A DNA stretch of 63,863 bases, the filler included, from Peribolospora baueri (lineage: Eukaryota), in assembly GCA_029717555.1 (NCBI GenBank). It is 3 parts of 3 records of this genome, joined end to end, with 100 filler letters (N's around TTAATTAATTAA, not from the genome) between each part and the next. Parts side by side here need not be neighbours in the genome. Positions count along the whole stretch, not along the records: positions 1 to 24,996 come from JAMDHS010000148.1; 2 more parts are not named here. The stretch is one strand, 5' to 3'. Below are positions 11,255 through 23,226 of the stretch, piece after piece (position 1 is the first letter of the stretch; each line of letters starts with the position of its first letter). The position numbers and the translations under genes were made by a program. The notes under the pieces are model-generated. The model did no database searches. It saw only the letters and a program-made list of their open reading frames with translations, and was not told the origin of the DNA.

Positions 11255-12634
11255 GTGGCAGAACATCTCGGCCTGCTTTGTTCGCCGCCATTTCGGTCAG
11301 ATGCCCTCTTCTGTACTGTTTGTATGAATTTTGTGCTTCTACTGTTTTGTAGTCTTGCGATTACAGCACGGGAGTGGATCATGTTCGAGGCGGCCGTATG
11401 CAGGCCAACCCGGGTGACGGCCATGAGTTCGCCTTCGCAAGAGCTGCTTACATGGGGCTCCCGCTCGTGTGTACACGGAGAAGCAAAAAAGGAACAGAAG
11501 GGCATAATCGTAGAATTGATACGGGAGGGATTGGGGTGGCGTGTGGAGCGAGCCAGCCGTCGGCATCTTGTACTGACAAGAGAAATGTCATATGCGGTAT
11601 GCAACACTGTCGCTCTTGTTTGCCCGCGCGTGCAATTGAGCCCTTCGAAGTACGTCCTATACCCGCCTCATGTCCCTAGAATTGCCGTTACTCCACATGT
11701 CTTTTTGCAACTTCAAAATCGAACTTGTCATGGACGTCCGGAAAGTGAGATGCGCGCCTCGATGCTCTCGTGTTCTGAAATGGTGGTATACTTAGGGTTA
11801 GGGATCCCCTTGGTGTCCGCGGCTGTGCGGCAGCTTGCTCTTCCGTTTCCGAGGCTAGGAAGGTTTTCTGCCGGCGCTCCTTGCATTGACGGAATCCAGA
11901 GGGTTGCACAGGCGTGGTGGAAATGGCCTCCGTGCTCGAACGGATCGCGAGATTTCCTAGCCTCTTGTCGTCCGGCTTTCAGGTGCGTACAAGACCAGCT
12001 CGGATTCGGAGCAGGAACTCGTCGGCGCCGCAAAGTCCCGAGAAACGCCGGAGCAAATCACTGCTGCGACGTTGGGCACGTGCTCGGCCACTTCGCCTGC
12101 GCCTGGGCGCAAAAGGTTTTGATGCCGTCGTTCGAACGGATGGTGTTTGCTTTCGTCTCTTGGTTCCTTGTCTGACTATCAGAATAATGGACAAGGATCC
12201 GCCCTTCGGCACGGTCGGCCGGTGGCTGGCTTCAAATGGCGGTTCATGCGGCGAGCGACGCCCAATAGGTAGGCGACGCCCTATCCATTCTCGTCGAGCC
12301 TGGGTCATGCTGTGTTTCTGACCCCCACGACCCAAGCTCTCTCGCCTTTGGCACCCGGTTCCTCGAGGCCACCAGACAGCTCCTCCCGAGCAGCGCTTTG
12401 GTATAAAAACCCCGGGTTTTCCTCTCTCAGTTGCTTCCTCATTCGCTTTTCCTTCCTTCACACGAAGCCGCTGTTGATCAGCCCTTCGACTTTCCTATCG
12501 CTGTTGACCGGCACTTGTCCTTTCCCTTCTTCCTTAATTTTCTGCCCTTTCGTTTCATTTCTCTTCAAGTCTCAAGGCTTTCTCTGCACGGAAACCGTTG
12601 AGCTAGCTCCTCCAGCAGCGTCACATTCCACGCC

Positions 12635-13404
12635 ATGAAGTTCTTTGCTACCTTCGCTGCCGGCGCCGCCCTCACCGCCGCCCTGTGCGCTCAAGCCGCG
12701 CCTGTACCCGCCGCCCTAGCCGCTCGCGGTGACGGCCTCGACACTGCCGGCTTTGCCGTTCCTCTGCTTGTGTGAGTGGTGGCGAGCGCAAGGTCTTCCG
12801 AGGCCCTCTCCGACGGAACCTTCGAGGATATCGGAGTAGGGGAAAGCATCTGCTGGCTCTGACGTCGGGTGCCCCTCCTTTCCTGCTCCGAGCGCTGACC
12901 CTGTCTCTGCCACCCCTCCTTGCTGTTGTCCATCGATCTTCAGTCGTGACGAGGATTCCGGTTTCGCTGCACCTATAACGCGTCGGTCATTGTCATTACA
13001 GTGCTCGGTTGATGCTCCAGGCCAGGAGCCGAAGTGCTCACAGAACGGTGGCACACTCAAAGTAGGCAAACAGGGATTGTCCTGGCAGACGACTTCGGCC
13101 CCAACCGTGCAAGTTCAGGCAAGACAACCAGTGGCACACCTCAGCAATGGTCCACAGGGGTTCGCAAACTAACTCGGATTACACTTCTGAGGCAATGCTA
13201 GGTTCCGACCATGGACCTGTCACACGGCGCGGGCTTATTAACGCCTCCAATACGTTCAAGTTGAATCAACACCATCAAGGCTTGGAGGAAGCGAACCAGC
13301 GCCTAGCGAACGGCGATCAAAGTGCCCAAAAGGCACAGGACAAACACATCGCTGGTGTGCAGAAATACTCCAAGAAACTCGGTGTCAAACCGTGGTACAA
13401 CTGA
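12635..13404 (+). CDS. Small secreted propeptide-type protein, possibly frameshifted
   Basis: TATAAAA at 12402. Signal peptide MKFFATFAAGAALTAALCAQA, intron 12772-12943, basic processing-like sites (LAAR, ITRR, VTRR). The exon 2 frame stops at 13172 while a second frame carries the C-terminus to 13404. Confidence 0.6.
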
Positions 13405-15888
13405 GAAGTTGGGGTACGGGACCGACTTTCCCTTCCTTCGTACCCCGATCCATGCGGATGTATAAGCTATCACTGTCCACCGCCGCCCGTGTGGTGCAAC
13501 TTCCGAAACTGAGTGACATAGTCGTACCCTCTATCTGTTCGACGACGGAGGAGACCTTACTGATGTCTTGTTAGACTTAGTGGACAACGGAGCCCTTTAG
13601 CTTAATCCAATATTAACCCATTTTCGTCGAACCAACGACCAAGCTGAGGCAAGGACGACCGACGGCAGATTCGCTCAAGCTTCGCGCGCCGGAGAAATTA
13701 TGTCGCGCGCTGGCCGCATCCAAAGTCGAAAAACGTATAAAGCAACAGTTCTGAGCACTCTTGATTTCTGTTCGCCATCCCGGTGATCCGCTGGCGACCA
13801 TCCCTGGTTGCTTTTCTGTTCATCTCCAGCGACTTGCTTCGATCCCACTTGTCGTCTTTTCATAACTCCATCCTTCCACCAAGCCCTTTTTTGTCTCAAA
13901 TCCCCCACAAACCCAGCAAAAACCATGCAACCCCACACCATCGAAGCCAGCATCATTGCACATTGGACGCCGTGTATGTACCAAACGTCTTCTCAGGACC
14001 ACTAACAACAGTTGGCAAGAGAAGACTTCTCCTCACTTCCTCCCCGCATGGTTTGTCTAACCCTAACCCTCATCGCCTCGTTGATCTGCTCTCCACTCAT
14101 CGTTTGGGCCCCATGCTTCGCCTTGAGTGGCTTTAGCTCCTCAGCAGTCTCCGCGAGCCTCTCCTTGGCCTCTGCAGTCTGGTCCCTCGCCGCCTTCGAG
14201 TGCTCTCACTCCAGCGTCTGGATCTGTAGCTTCTGTCTCTCCAGATTGCCAACCTCCTCAGGCGCTGTCTCGCCGGCGACGCTCACCGCCTACAGGCCTC
14301 ATCGACTAGGTCGATCGCTGAAGAGAATACACGCTGTGACGCGTCGGCGCCAACTCCCTTTGTCTCGTGTCCGTCGTCCCGTCGTTTGCTCTATGGTACA
14401 TTGTTCCGCTTTTCCGGAACGGGACGACGCTCACCAATTCATCATGGTAGGGCTCGTGTATATAAAGAGTTCTACCATGGGACTAAAGAGAAAGAACGAG
14501 GAGAAATCACGCCGGCGCCCAGCTACTTGTCGGCCAGCAAAGATCCGATTGCTCAGCCGCGGACAGGTACTCTACGAAGTCGTGGGAGGGCAAGGCGGAC
14601 ATAACTTTAGGACGGCGTCAGCCCAGTCCTAGGGCGGTGTCGCAGCCAAGAAAGGCGAGAAGGCGCGGCAATCTGCCGGCGGGATACTAGACGTGCACGT
14701 GGAAACGTAGGCGGCCGCGACGATGTACTCGAGTGCTGTGCAGATCGCACAAGGGCTGCGCTGAGCTCCGCTAGCCATCCCGCTTGGCAGTGGCCTTAAG
14801 GGAGCTAGCATGAGACCAGTCCACTCGACGTTTCCCATACCATCTCACTACAGCAGGGCTCTGGTACTCGAGTACGGTGCTCAGCGCATTCAAAACATGG
14901 CAATCCCAAGGGATTCATGGCGACAAGCTCCACATGTCGATGGTCGTCGACACGGATTCCCGTGACACCCTGGTACACCGTCGTTGGTCCAAAGATGACC
15001 GGTTCACTCGCCAAGCCGCTCAGCGTTCGTTTACCTTCTCATGCCTAATCCAGGAAAGGGAGCACTGTAGCTCTACACATGATTTGGCCTGCAATGGACG
15101 GCTCAGACCGGCTTGAGGGTGCCGCGGCGTCCTGCTCCCTTGAACGACAGAGAGTTATATGGATCACACTCGGAGGGCGGGCACGCGACCAAGGCAGAAT
15201 GTCAAGGTGGGCGTGTGGACATGGGTGACACCGCGTCAGCCTGGAAACGCATAAAAGGGCTGCCTCCTTGTGCTCTTGGGCGGCTTCCCTCACAACCACA
15301 CTCGCTTTGATCTCTCGCTTCTAACCCAGGTCCCGGCGGGCGTACTGCACTCCTGAGCTCCGTATCGTCGGCCTGAATCGAAGTCTGTGCTGCCGGCGGA
15401 AAGTCGAGCAAGGAGCCCCGTAAACGGTGGCGGGGGCTGCGATACCGACCGGACGCGCAATGCAGAGCTGTGTTCTTTATCCTCTATCGTCCTGACCTTA
15501 TACAGTTTAATGCTCTCCCCGTGCTTGTGATCGGATGTGAACCATTATCGACCGTGATGACTACCGCGACCCAACGACGTCGAGTTGGGCTCAGGGCCCA
15601 CCACAACCCACCGCCAGTTCCATGGAGTCGAAGACCAGGATAAGGCTACTACCTGCCCGCAGATAGCGGAGAGGGCCGCAGGTATGTGCGAGTGTATGAA
15701 CTCGATGATTCTCAATGATGAGGGACGGAGCGATTCTTTCATACCGCTGTATTACTTCACCAAATCCGCAGGCTTGACGACCAGCACCAATACTTGCTTG
15801 CCATGTTCGGCGACCGAGATCATCTCCTCCTTACCCCTTCGTCCGCTGTCGCTCAAGTCCTGGATGGGGTACAGGAACCGGAGCCTGG

Positions 15889-16620
15889 ATGATCGATCTC
15901 GCCCCCCGCTTCCGTCAAGCTTCCTTCTTCGGCGTCGACCTCGTCGATCATCTTTTCTTTAGCAGGACAAATATCCCTCCCAACGTGCGCGTCCAAAAAT
16001 TGAACATCGTCACGGACTTTGAAGGAAAGATGAACAACACGGGAGAAGGCGAGGAGGGAAAAGGATCGTGGAAGGACCGTTTCATCCATCAGCGACTGAT
16101 GATGGCTGCCCTTACGCGGACTCAATGGGGCGAGGTGTTGCGCCGCTACATGTGCATACTCAAACCTGGAGGTTGGATCCAGTGTGGGGAGATGGACATG
16201 ATCTGTCACGGTAAACCACGTTCGGCCATCCGCAAAGGTTGAAACATGGCTAGGACCTTGGGCGACAAAGCCTGCATCAACTTTGACGTGGCCCAAGATA
16301 TTCCCGAGCTCTTGAAGGAAGCCGGATTTGAGGATGTCCATGTGGTCAAGGCGTCCTTGAATACCACCGACTGGTTCAAAGAAGCCCCCGCCGCGGATTC
16401 GAAGGAGCGTCGAAGCATATATGTCGCAGATCTTGCTTTGCGAGCGATGGTGGCTGTCAGCGTCAAGGCGAGGAATCTTGGTCTCGTGGCGGCAGCCGAG
16501 TAATGATCGTTCAGGCTCGGAAAGAATACGCAGAAAGCGAAACTTGACTGTTCATTGCATCGCATGGGCTCGAAAGCCATCGGCGTGACTATCATTCCGA
16601 GCCGACCACTCATCTCTCCT
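15889..16620 (+). pseudogene. SAM-dependent methyltransferase remnant
   Basis: FFGVDL, PPNV, FIHQRLMM, ILKPGGWIQCGE and LLKEAGFEDV motifs. Motif I is missing, with in-frame stops at ~16240 and ~16501. Confidence 0.75.
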
Positions 16621-17030
16621 TGGGCCAGTTCAAATTCAATGACAGGCAGGACAAAGCCAGACACGATGGCGACGGTCTCGGGTGGCGCCCCGGACAATTC
16701 CTGAAGCAGCGTGACGTCAGAAAAGTCTAGGTGCTGGCCCTCGACGGATCACCTGCCTGGTGAGCTTCTTGGCTAGGCTCGGAAACAAGACCAGGTTGCG
16801 GTCCGCCATTTGGGGTCTCGAAAGTGACTTGGACCTGAACTCGCAGCAGTACGCTTGGGGCGCAACTGTTTTCTCCTGTGACTAGTCTCCAAAATTTTCC
16901 GAGAGCCCTCGGACCTGACGCTGGTTAGCCACAGCCGCCTCCCACATCTAGTTTGCTTCCTCGGAGCCCAGTTTTTCGTCGGAAGAAGGCTTCAGGGCGG
17001 GAAGGGCTGTTTTTCAGACACTCCTAGCTT

Positions 17031-17250
17031 CGTGCGATGTGCAAAAGGCTGGACCAGTCCACCCTGTCTCGTTCCTCATGCTGGTTTCCACCAGCGAGTA
17101 CCAGCGTATTTCTTTCAAGAGACCCACCTCGAAGAATGGCGTCCCTACGACGGAGTTCGAGATTCCCGAGTACGAAGCCACGGTTCTCTTCCCTATCTCG
17201 TAAGCGGAGCCATCGCAGCACGAGGATTACATCCTCCACGCCGAGACTGC
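17031..17250 (+). pseudogene. LHxHF-family fragment, copy 2, internally deleted
   Basis: High nucleotide similarity to copies 1 and 3; lacks ~110 bp present in copy 3 and has a premature TAA. Confidence 0.7.
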
Positions 17251-19029
17251 CGTGATTGAGCATCATAATCATGAGGACGGGCTGTCAGACAAACGCCTCT
17301 GATCCCTTCAACGGCCTCCCGCTCTCATGCAGCATTTCACGGTTCTCGGTGTTTTTGCTACCGACGTGGACAGACTATGGTCGGTGAACGATGTGGATAT
17401 CGCTAAGCGGCTCGTGGAGAGAGTTCTTTGGACGACGGGTGAGCACTTCGATGCGAGACCCGTCGCAAATTTGCTGGAGATGGAAGTATGTCCACCCCTG
17501 GAAGGCAGCTGATGGTCATTCACTTTTGAATCCCGTTCCTCGCCCTTCATCTTCTCAGAAGCCTCGAATATTGATGGTTGAGCAAGCGGAGAAGAGCAGC
17601 TTCCCCGGCAACGACTTGACATGCCAGCGGGCAGGGTATGACGAACGCTCAGCCGACATGTCCTGTATCTACCCCTGTCCTCTCTCTCTAGCGCTGTCCC
17701 GCACTCTTCATTTCGGCGCCGCCCTTCGTAGGGGGTTTTGAATTTGAGTGCATGGTGGAAGAAAACGCAAAACGAAAAGCGAACGGAAAAGCGCGCGCGG
17801 ATGCGAAAGAAAGGTACGGTACATCGACGGCAGGATAACGTATCAACACATCAATAGTACACAATCGACCTATTGCTAAAGGTATGGGATATATGCGGTC
17901 AGTGTCGGCGCGATGGCGAGGGGAGGGCGCGCAACTTCCCGACTCGGGGTCGTTGAGAAAAGACGGGAGAAAGACGCGCGAACTAGGGGGAGGTACGGAC
18001 GGAGGCGCGAGGGCAAGACAATCCTCCCCAAACCGAGTCAAGTCAAGCAGAGTCAGGAGCTACCGAGAGACAAATCTCCGCCTACGAGGGCATCGCACCC
18101 CGCAAGCGGCGGCGCGAAGGCGTGAGCGGGATTGTCACCGAGTCAAGCATGCGGACGCTACCAAACGTAAGAGAGGACGTCATCGGACCACGACACGGGG
18201 ATACCACCGCCGTAATGTATGCTGATTTTATTGCCCCTCGTGTGGCCAAAGCACACGGTGACCGAGGCGAGAAGGAGGGCGACGAGTGCGGCCAGGACCA
18301 TCCAGATGGCCGGACCGAGCGTAACGGTGGCGTTGGTGACGTCGGACGCCTGCATGCTCACAGTGTAGACTCTGACGGGCCTAGATGAAAGGGAGAAGGT
18401 GGAATGAAGCTTTTTTCCACAATCTCACAGCCGCAACGGCATCGTCGTCAACGGCTCCGCCGGCTTCGCATTCGCAATTGTCCGCGCGAGATCCATAACT
18501 AACTTAAGGTTCTACCTCAAGTCACCGGCGCCTGTCCGCACTTCCTCTGTTGCGACATAGTCACCTATGTGGAAAGTATGTCCATTCCAACCCACCTGAA
18601 CCTCCCTAAAACGCCATAAAAGTTGACCTTCTTTCCGCTCTGCGACTGTCGGTCAGTCCGTCCTGCTCTCCTCACTTCGAATCCGTTGAGCTTTCACCCT
18701 CCATCGACGATGAAGCTCCTTCTCACCGGCCTCAATGTCACCAACGCCCTCTTTCCCCGGAACTTCCGTCGAGTTCATTGGCGACCTTCGGAGCTGGCTC
18801 GTGGATATTACCGGTCGCTGGCAGCTCGACGCCGGTACTGCATTTATCGAGTGGCTTTCCCAGCCCCGTGCGTCGTTTCCGGACCCCGTCTTGACTTGGC
18901 CCACGTGCCCACAGAACAGGATCGCTAACCTGCCCATTAAATTCCGGCAGATATCTGGATGCTACTCATGGTCTGGGTGTGCACATTCACCGTCACAATT
19001 GTCATCCTCTTTGTCATCCTCTTTTTGCC

Positions 19030-19480
19030 AGGTTTTGGAGAGATAGGGAAGAGAGCCGTGGCTTTGTACTCGGGAATCTCGACCTCCGTCGTGGGGACGC
19101 CATTCTTCGAGGTGGGCCTCTTGAAAGAAATACGCTGGTACTCGCCGGTGAAAACCAGGAGAGACGACGCCGCTGCCAGGAACTCCTTCTCGGCCTCCGT
19201 AAGAGCTCGTGACCCAGGCGCGAATTTGTACGCCCTCACAGTCCCATCGGCCTCCACCAGGAACGAGACAGGATGGACTGGTCCAGTTTTTTGCACCTCG
19301 ACTCCACGAGCGATCTCCATTTCGTCTTCGTCCCCGAGCGGCACCGTCGTGATGAGGAGAAGCTGGCCTTCGTCGATAGGAAAGTGTGTGTGAAGAGTGC
19401 AGAATGGTATTAGCAACGCTCAACGAGTGCGTCATCTCGATAAGCGACCGCTGCAATGCTTCATTGAAGGAAGAAGTTCG
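19030..19480 (-). pseudogene. LHxHF-family fragment, copy 3
   Basis: EALQRSLIEMTHS..CTLHTHFPIDEGQLLLITTVP..GPVHPVSFLV..PEYKATALFPIS; frameshift near 19410, truncated at both ends. Confidence 0.7.
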
Positions 19481-19910
19481 AGCTTTCCTTATCAAGATGT
19501 GAAGGTCGATGAAGCATTGTACTTAAACAAAAACTCATTCTACTCCCGGTTGGGTTAGGATTCATAACCATGCAGGACAGCCTCGCCGCTTCGAGCAGTC
19601 ATATAGTCACTACCATATTGTATTTCCAGTTTAAGAGGCGTGGCATACACCACGTGTGCCGTGCGCCGATTATACAATAAACTTGTAAGGTTTGAGTCCC
19701 ACTGAAAGGCTACTGAAGCGACTGTGATCTTTGGCGCACTCTTTTGTTTCGAAGACGTTAAAGAGTTGGCGGACGGACCACTCCATACGAGAAGACTCTC
19801 CAAGCGCCCTCCCTCTTCCCCGCTTTCTCCCCAGTCGCCTTCTTCACCCGTCGCTTTTCGTGATACAGTTCACGGGGGCCTTCCATTCCATTGTCTTCGC
19901 TTGCTTCAAT

Positions 19911-20570
19911 ATGGAGGACGTTCGGGCGTACAGACACAAGTTCAACACACCTGGAGGAGTAGCTGACCTGAAGGGCGACTTGCAGAAGCGCACAACGCTC
20001 GCCGAGGGGATCGGCAAAGCGCTAGCCGCCTTAAGCGGCCATGTGCCCGAAGGACTGAATGATGGTCTCGCTAGCTACATTTCATCGACCGAGAAGGATT
20101 TCAGGGATATTGCCAGTGCTCGACCCGACCTAGCTCCCAAGCTGGGCAAACTCCTCGAACGCATTTTCTTGCTCGAGCAGGTACCCAAATGCATAACCCA
20201 CCACGACTTCTCGACAAGCAACTTTTTGGTCGACGAGACGTCTGGCAAGCTGACCGGCATCGTGGACTGGGGAGACGCTGGCTTGGCCCCCTGTGGACTG
20301 GACATGAGTGTCCTCTTTCATCTTTTGGACAAAAACTGCAGGCCCAGCGACATGTCCGCCGAGGATGAGGCCGTCGAGAAAGCATTTTGGACCGCCTTCC
20401 TCTCCGAAGCGCCCGGCATGCAAGGCCATATGCGCTCTCTTGCCCTGTGCATGCAGTTCAACGGCGTGAACACGTGTGCGTACGAAGTCATGAGAGGCAA
20501 TGCCGACTCCCTTCGTTGGATGAATTCCATCCTCGATTGTGTTCCTTCCCTTTACGGAGCAATGATATGA
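19911..20570 (+). CDS. APH/phosphotransferase-fold kinase-like protein, probably 5'-truncated
   Basis: ITHHDFSTSNFLVDETSGKLTGIVDWGDA...PCGLD motif. Confidence 0.8.
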   Translation: MEDVRAYRHKFNTPGGVADLKGDLQKRTTLAEGIGKALAALSGHVPEGLNDGLASYISSTEKDFRDIASARPDLAPKLGKLLERIFLLEQVPKCITHHDFSTSNFLVDETSGKLTGIVDWGDAGLAPCGLDMSVLFHLLDKNCRPSDMSAEDEAVEKAFWTAFLSEAPGMQGHMRSLALCMQFNGVNTCAYEVMRGNADSLRWMNSILDCVPSLYGAMI

Positions 20571-20962
20571 CCGGGTTCGACAACGCCGCGGTTGGGTTGG
20601 GGTCCTGAACGATTAAGGTGAGCCTGGCACGATCGGCTTCGATGGAATCCCCATTCGATCTCGGTCTAACTCCTTCTCATGCACTGAGACATCAGGATTA
20701 TATGGCCAAAGATTGGCGCAGTCAGGCGAAGAGCCCGCTCGCAGTTCGTGTCCCCGAATGACCCGGAAATACCCTTAAAGCCAATCTTCATGATACTAGC
20801 CGTATATTCCACAAGTATTGAGACGTGCATCTCGCTCCCCAAACGTGCATGTTTTTCGAATTTTGAATTTGTAAAAGACAAGTGGAGTAACGGCAGTTCT
20901 GCTGACAATGTCAGGAAAGGAAGAGGTGACGAAAGGGACTAGAAGTCTTCTGTCACTACTCC

Positions 20963-21388
20963 TGTCAGAGGGGCGAGCCGATAGGGCCAGGGAAGGAGTT
21001 GCCGGCAGGAGCGCCGTCGACTCGCGGCTCGGAGGGCAAGGCAAGGCAGAACCAGTTGGTAACTGGCAGCCGTCGGGAGTCAGCTGTAGGATGAAAAACA
21101 GGGCTCGATTGGAGGATCGAAAGGCTAGGACAACTAAGGAGGCCTGGGCGGCGACAAGGAGAGGTAGACGAAGACAGGAGGATTCTGCGGAATCCGCACA
21201 TGAAGAGCCGACGGCGGCGACGATATACGGGAAGGAGGATGGAGGTCACGTGCAGGAAGAGACTGCAACGGGGGAGAACAAGACGGAGCATCTCGACGGG
21301 TCGCGTCGAGATTAGGCAGGGACAGGAGGGAGAAGGAGTTGAGAGCCTAAACCGTGCTAGGGGTGTTCATGACAGCCGTCCTATGACA
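20963..21388. mobile_element. Possible solo LTR
   Basis: Starts TGTCAGAGG and ends CATGACA (21374) or TATGACA (21388). Purine-rich body resembles the 10696 insert. No TSD seen. Confidence 0.35.
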
Positions 21389-23226
21389 AACGCTAATGCT
21401 AACGCTTCTTTCCGCAGCGGCACGGCTTGCAGTAGCACCTTATGCTACAACCGCGAAGAAGAAAAAGACAATCGAATTCAAAAATGGGGGTAGTCACGGT
21501 GATAAAAAATGAAGTCAGTTTAGTTGACCATCACGTACTACCAGTCAAGGAGAAACGCCATTCACTCATCATCCATGCCGCAACGACCTTTGCACATGCA
21601 GGCAGTGTCCACAGGGTCACTGCTCTGTTTACCAGCTCCACGGTGGGCTGCTTTGACCGTCTTACTGCGTACAGTGGTCTTCCCCCCAAGAGTGAAGGCG
21701 GTGTCCGTGGAGCATTTCAAGAGAGAGCCGTTCCAAAGGTATTGCGACATCGTCTCCGCATTCTCAGGAGCACAACAGCTGGCGCTGAAGAGCTCGGTCG
21801 AGTTGACTTGACCTTGAGACATGGTGCTCGTGATGTTGTTCGAGTTTGGGTCCAAGGAAGGCCCGTTGGGAATGGAGGAAATGGCGAGAGAGGAGGGTTA
21901 GCTAAGCTCTCCCTGCGTCGGGCAGTAGGACGGCACTGTGTGGCTTGGGATAGTGGAGCAGTGTGCTGATCAACCTGGTGTCAGAAGGGCGGCCACTCCT
22001 TCCTTCGAGGGTGGTCAAGTGAGCCGGCTCCTTATGTACCTTCAAAGGTATGTGGACGCGGGGGGAAGAAGGCAAGAGACAAAGCAAGGTTGATGGGAGA
22101 GAAAAGAAACGGACTTTCAATATGAAAATTAACCTCGATGAGAACAATGGAAGTCAGCGGTGAGCGATGTGAAACGAGTGATCAGGCTCAACCCTGGCCT
22201 TTCGATGTGTCTCCGCTCATCCCGAATTCTCAACAAGTCTTTCGCTCGCTGTGCAATGTTGGACAGAAAACGGCCAGAAAGATTGAGAGTCGGCAAGAGG
22301 GCTGCGAGCGTTATTGAATAATGGTCAGGCTCTGCCTCTGTAACACGGCGCCGTCGGGCCCCAACTGTCGCGGCGTCGCGTCCTCCTGAAAGCCCGGCTA
22401 TTTCCGTGTTTCTCCGCGCCCCCCGAACACCATCGCTGCAGTCGCGGTCTCCCGACGATGTTCATCTTGTCAAGAGACCTCCATGTTCCTAGTTCTCCCA
22501 GTCCCCAGCTCCCAAGTCCTTGTCCCCAGTCCAAGTTCCTTGCCCTTGTTCCCTAGTCCTTGAATCCTTGAAACCTTGATTTTCCCTTGTCCTTGCAACC
22601 TTGTCCTTGTCGCCCTACATCGTACACGGCAACCGGCGCCTGTTCACCACAGCGCCGACCCACGCGTGTTGCAGCCTCGTCGATGTCCACGCTGCCTTCT
22701 CTCGCTGTTGGTTGGCAACTTACGAAACTGCTCTTGGGATGTTGAAAAGGCGGCGACCTAAGCTCTTCGAACCGTCCGGCACTCCCTGTATGAAAATGGA
22801 GTTTTAGGTTAGTAATTGGCGAGCATTGTCCTGTTTTGGAACAATGGAACAGGACAAGGGCACTTTCGCGAGATTTGTTGAGCTTAGCTCTGCTCGTGCT
22901 AGTCAATGTTTGGAATTGACCGTCAATGGTGCTTCCTTGATGGAAAGGCGCCGACGAAAAATGAGACAATGGAGATTCTGGCGCAGAGCGCGAGAGCGAG
23001 TGAAAAGCAATATAGTTGTGAGGGGTTAGTGCCAACTCTCCTTATTTCCTTTCATAGTGCCATGTTCCTTTATAGCGATACCATGAGCACCAACCCACTG
23101 TGAGTCACACTGCCCGCAGTACGAACTTTATTCGTCTACTCCGCAGCAGAAGCTCGTCCTCCCTGGCCGTCTTCCTTGCCCTCTTCATCATTTCAGCTCA
23201 ATCTCCACAAGCTGCGACGCCCAACG

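Noticed and set aside
11255..12175. 306-aa ORF
   Set aside because: No recognisable motif, and it crosses a telomere-seed junction. Likely a chance ORF in GC-rich DNA.
21562..22147. Small Cys-containing secreted protein
   Set aside because: I could not build a consistent spliced model with a signal peptide; there are stops in the candidate frames.
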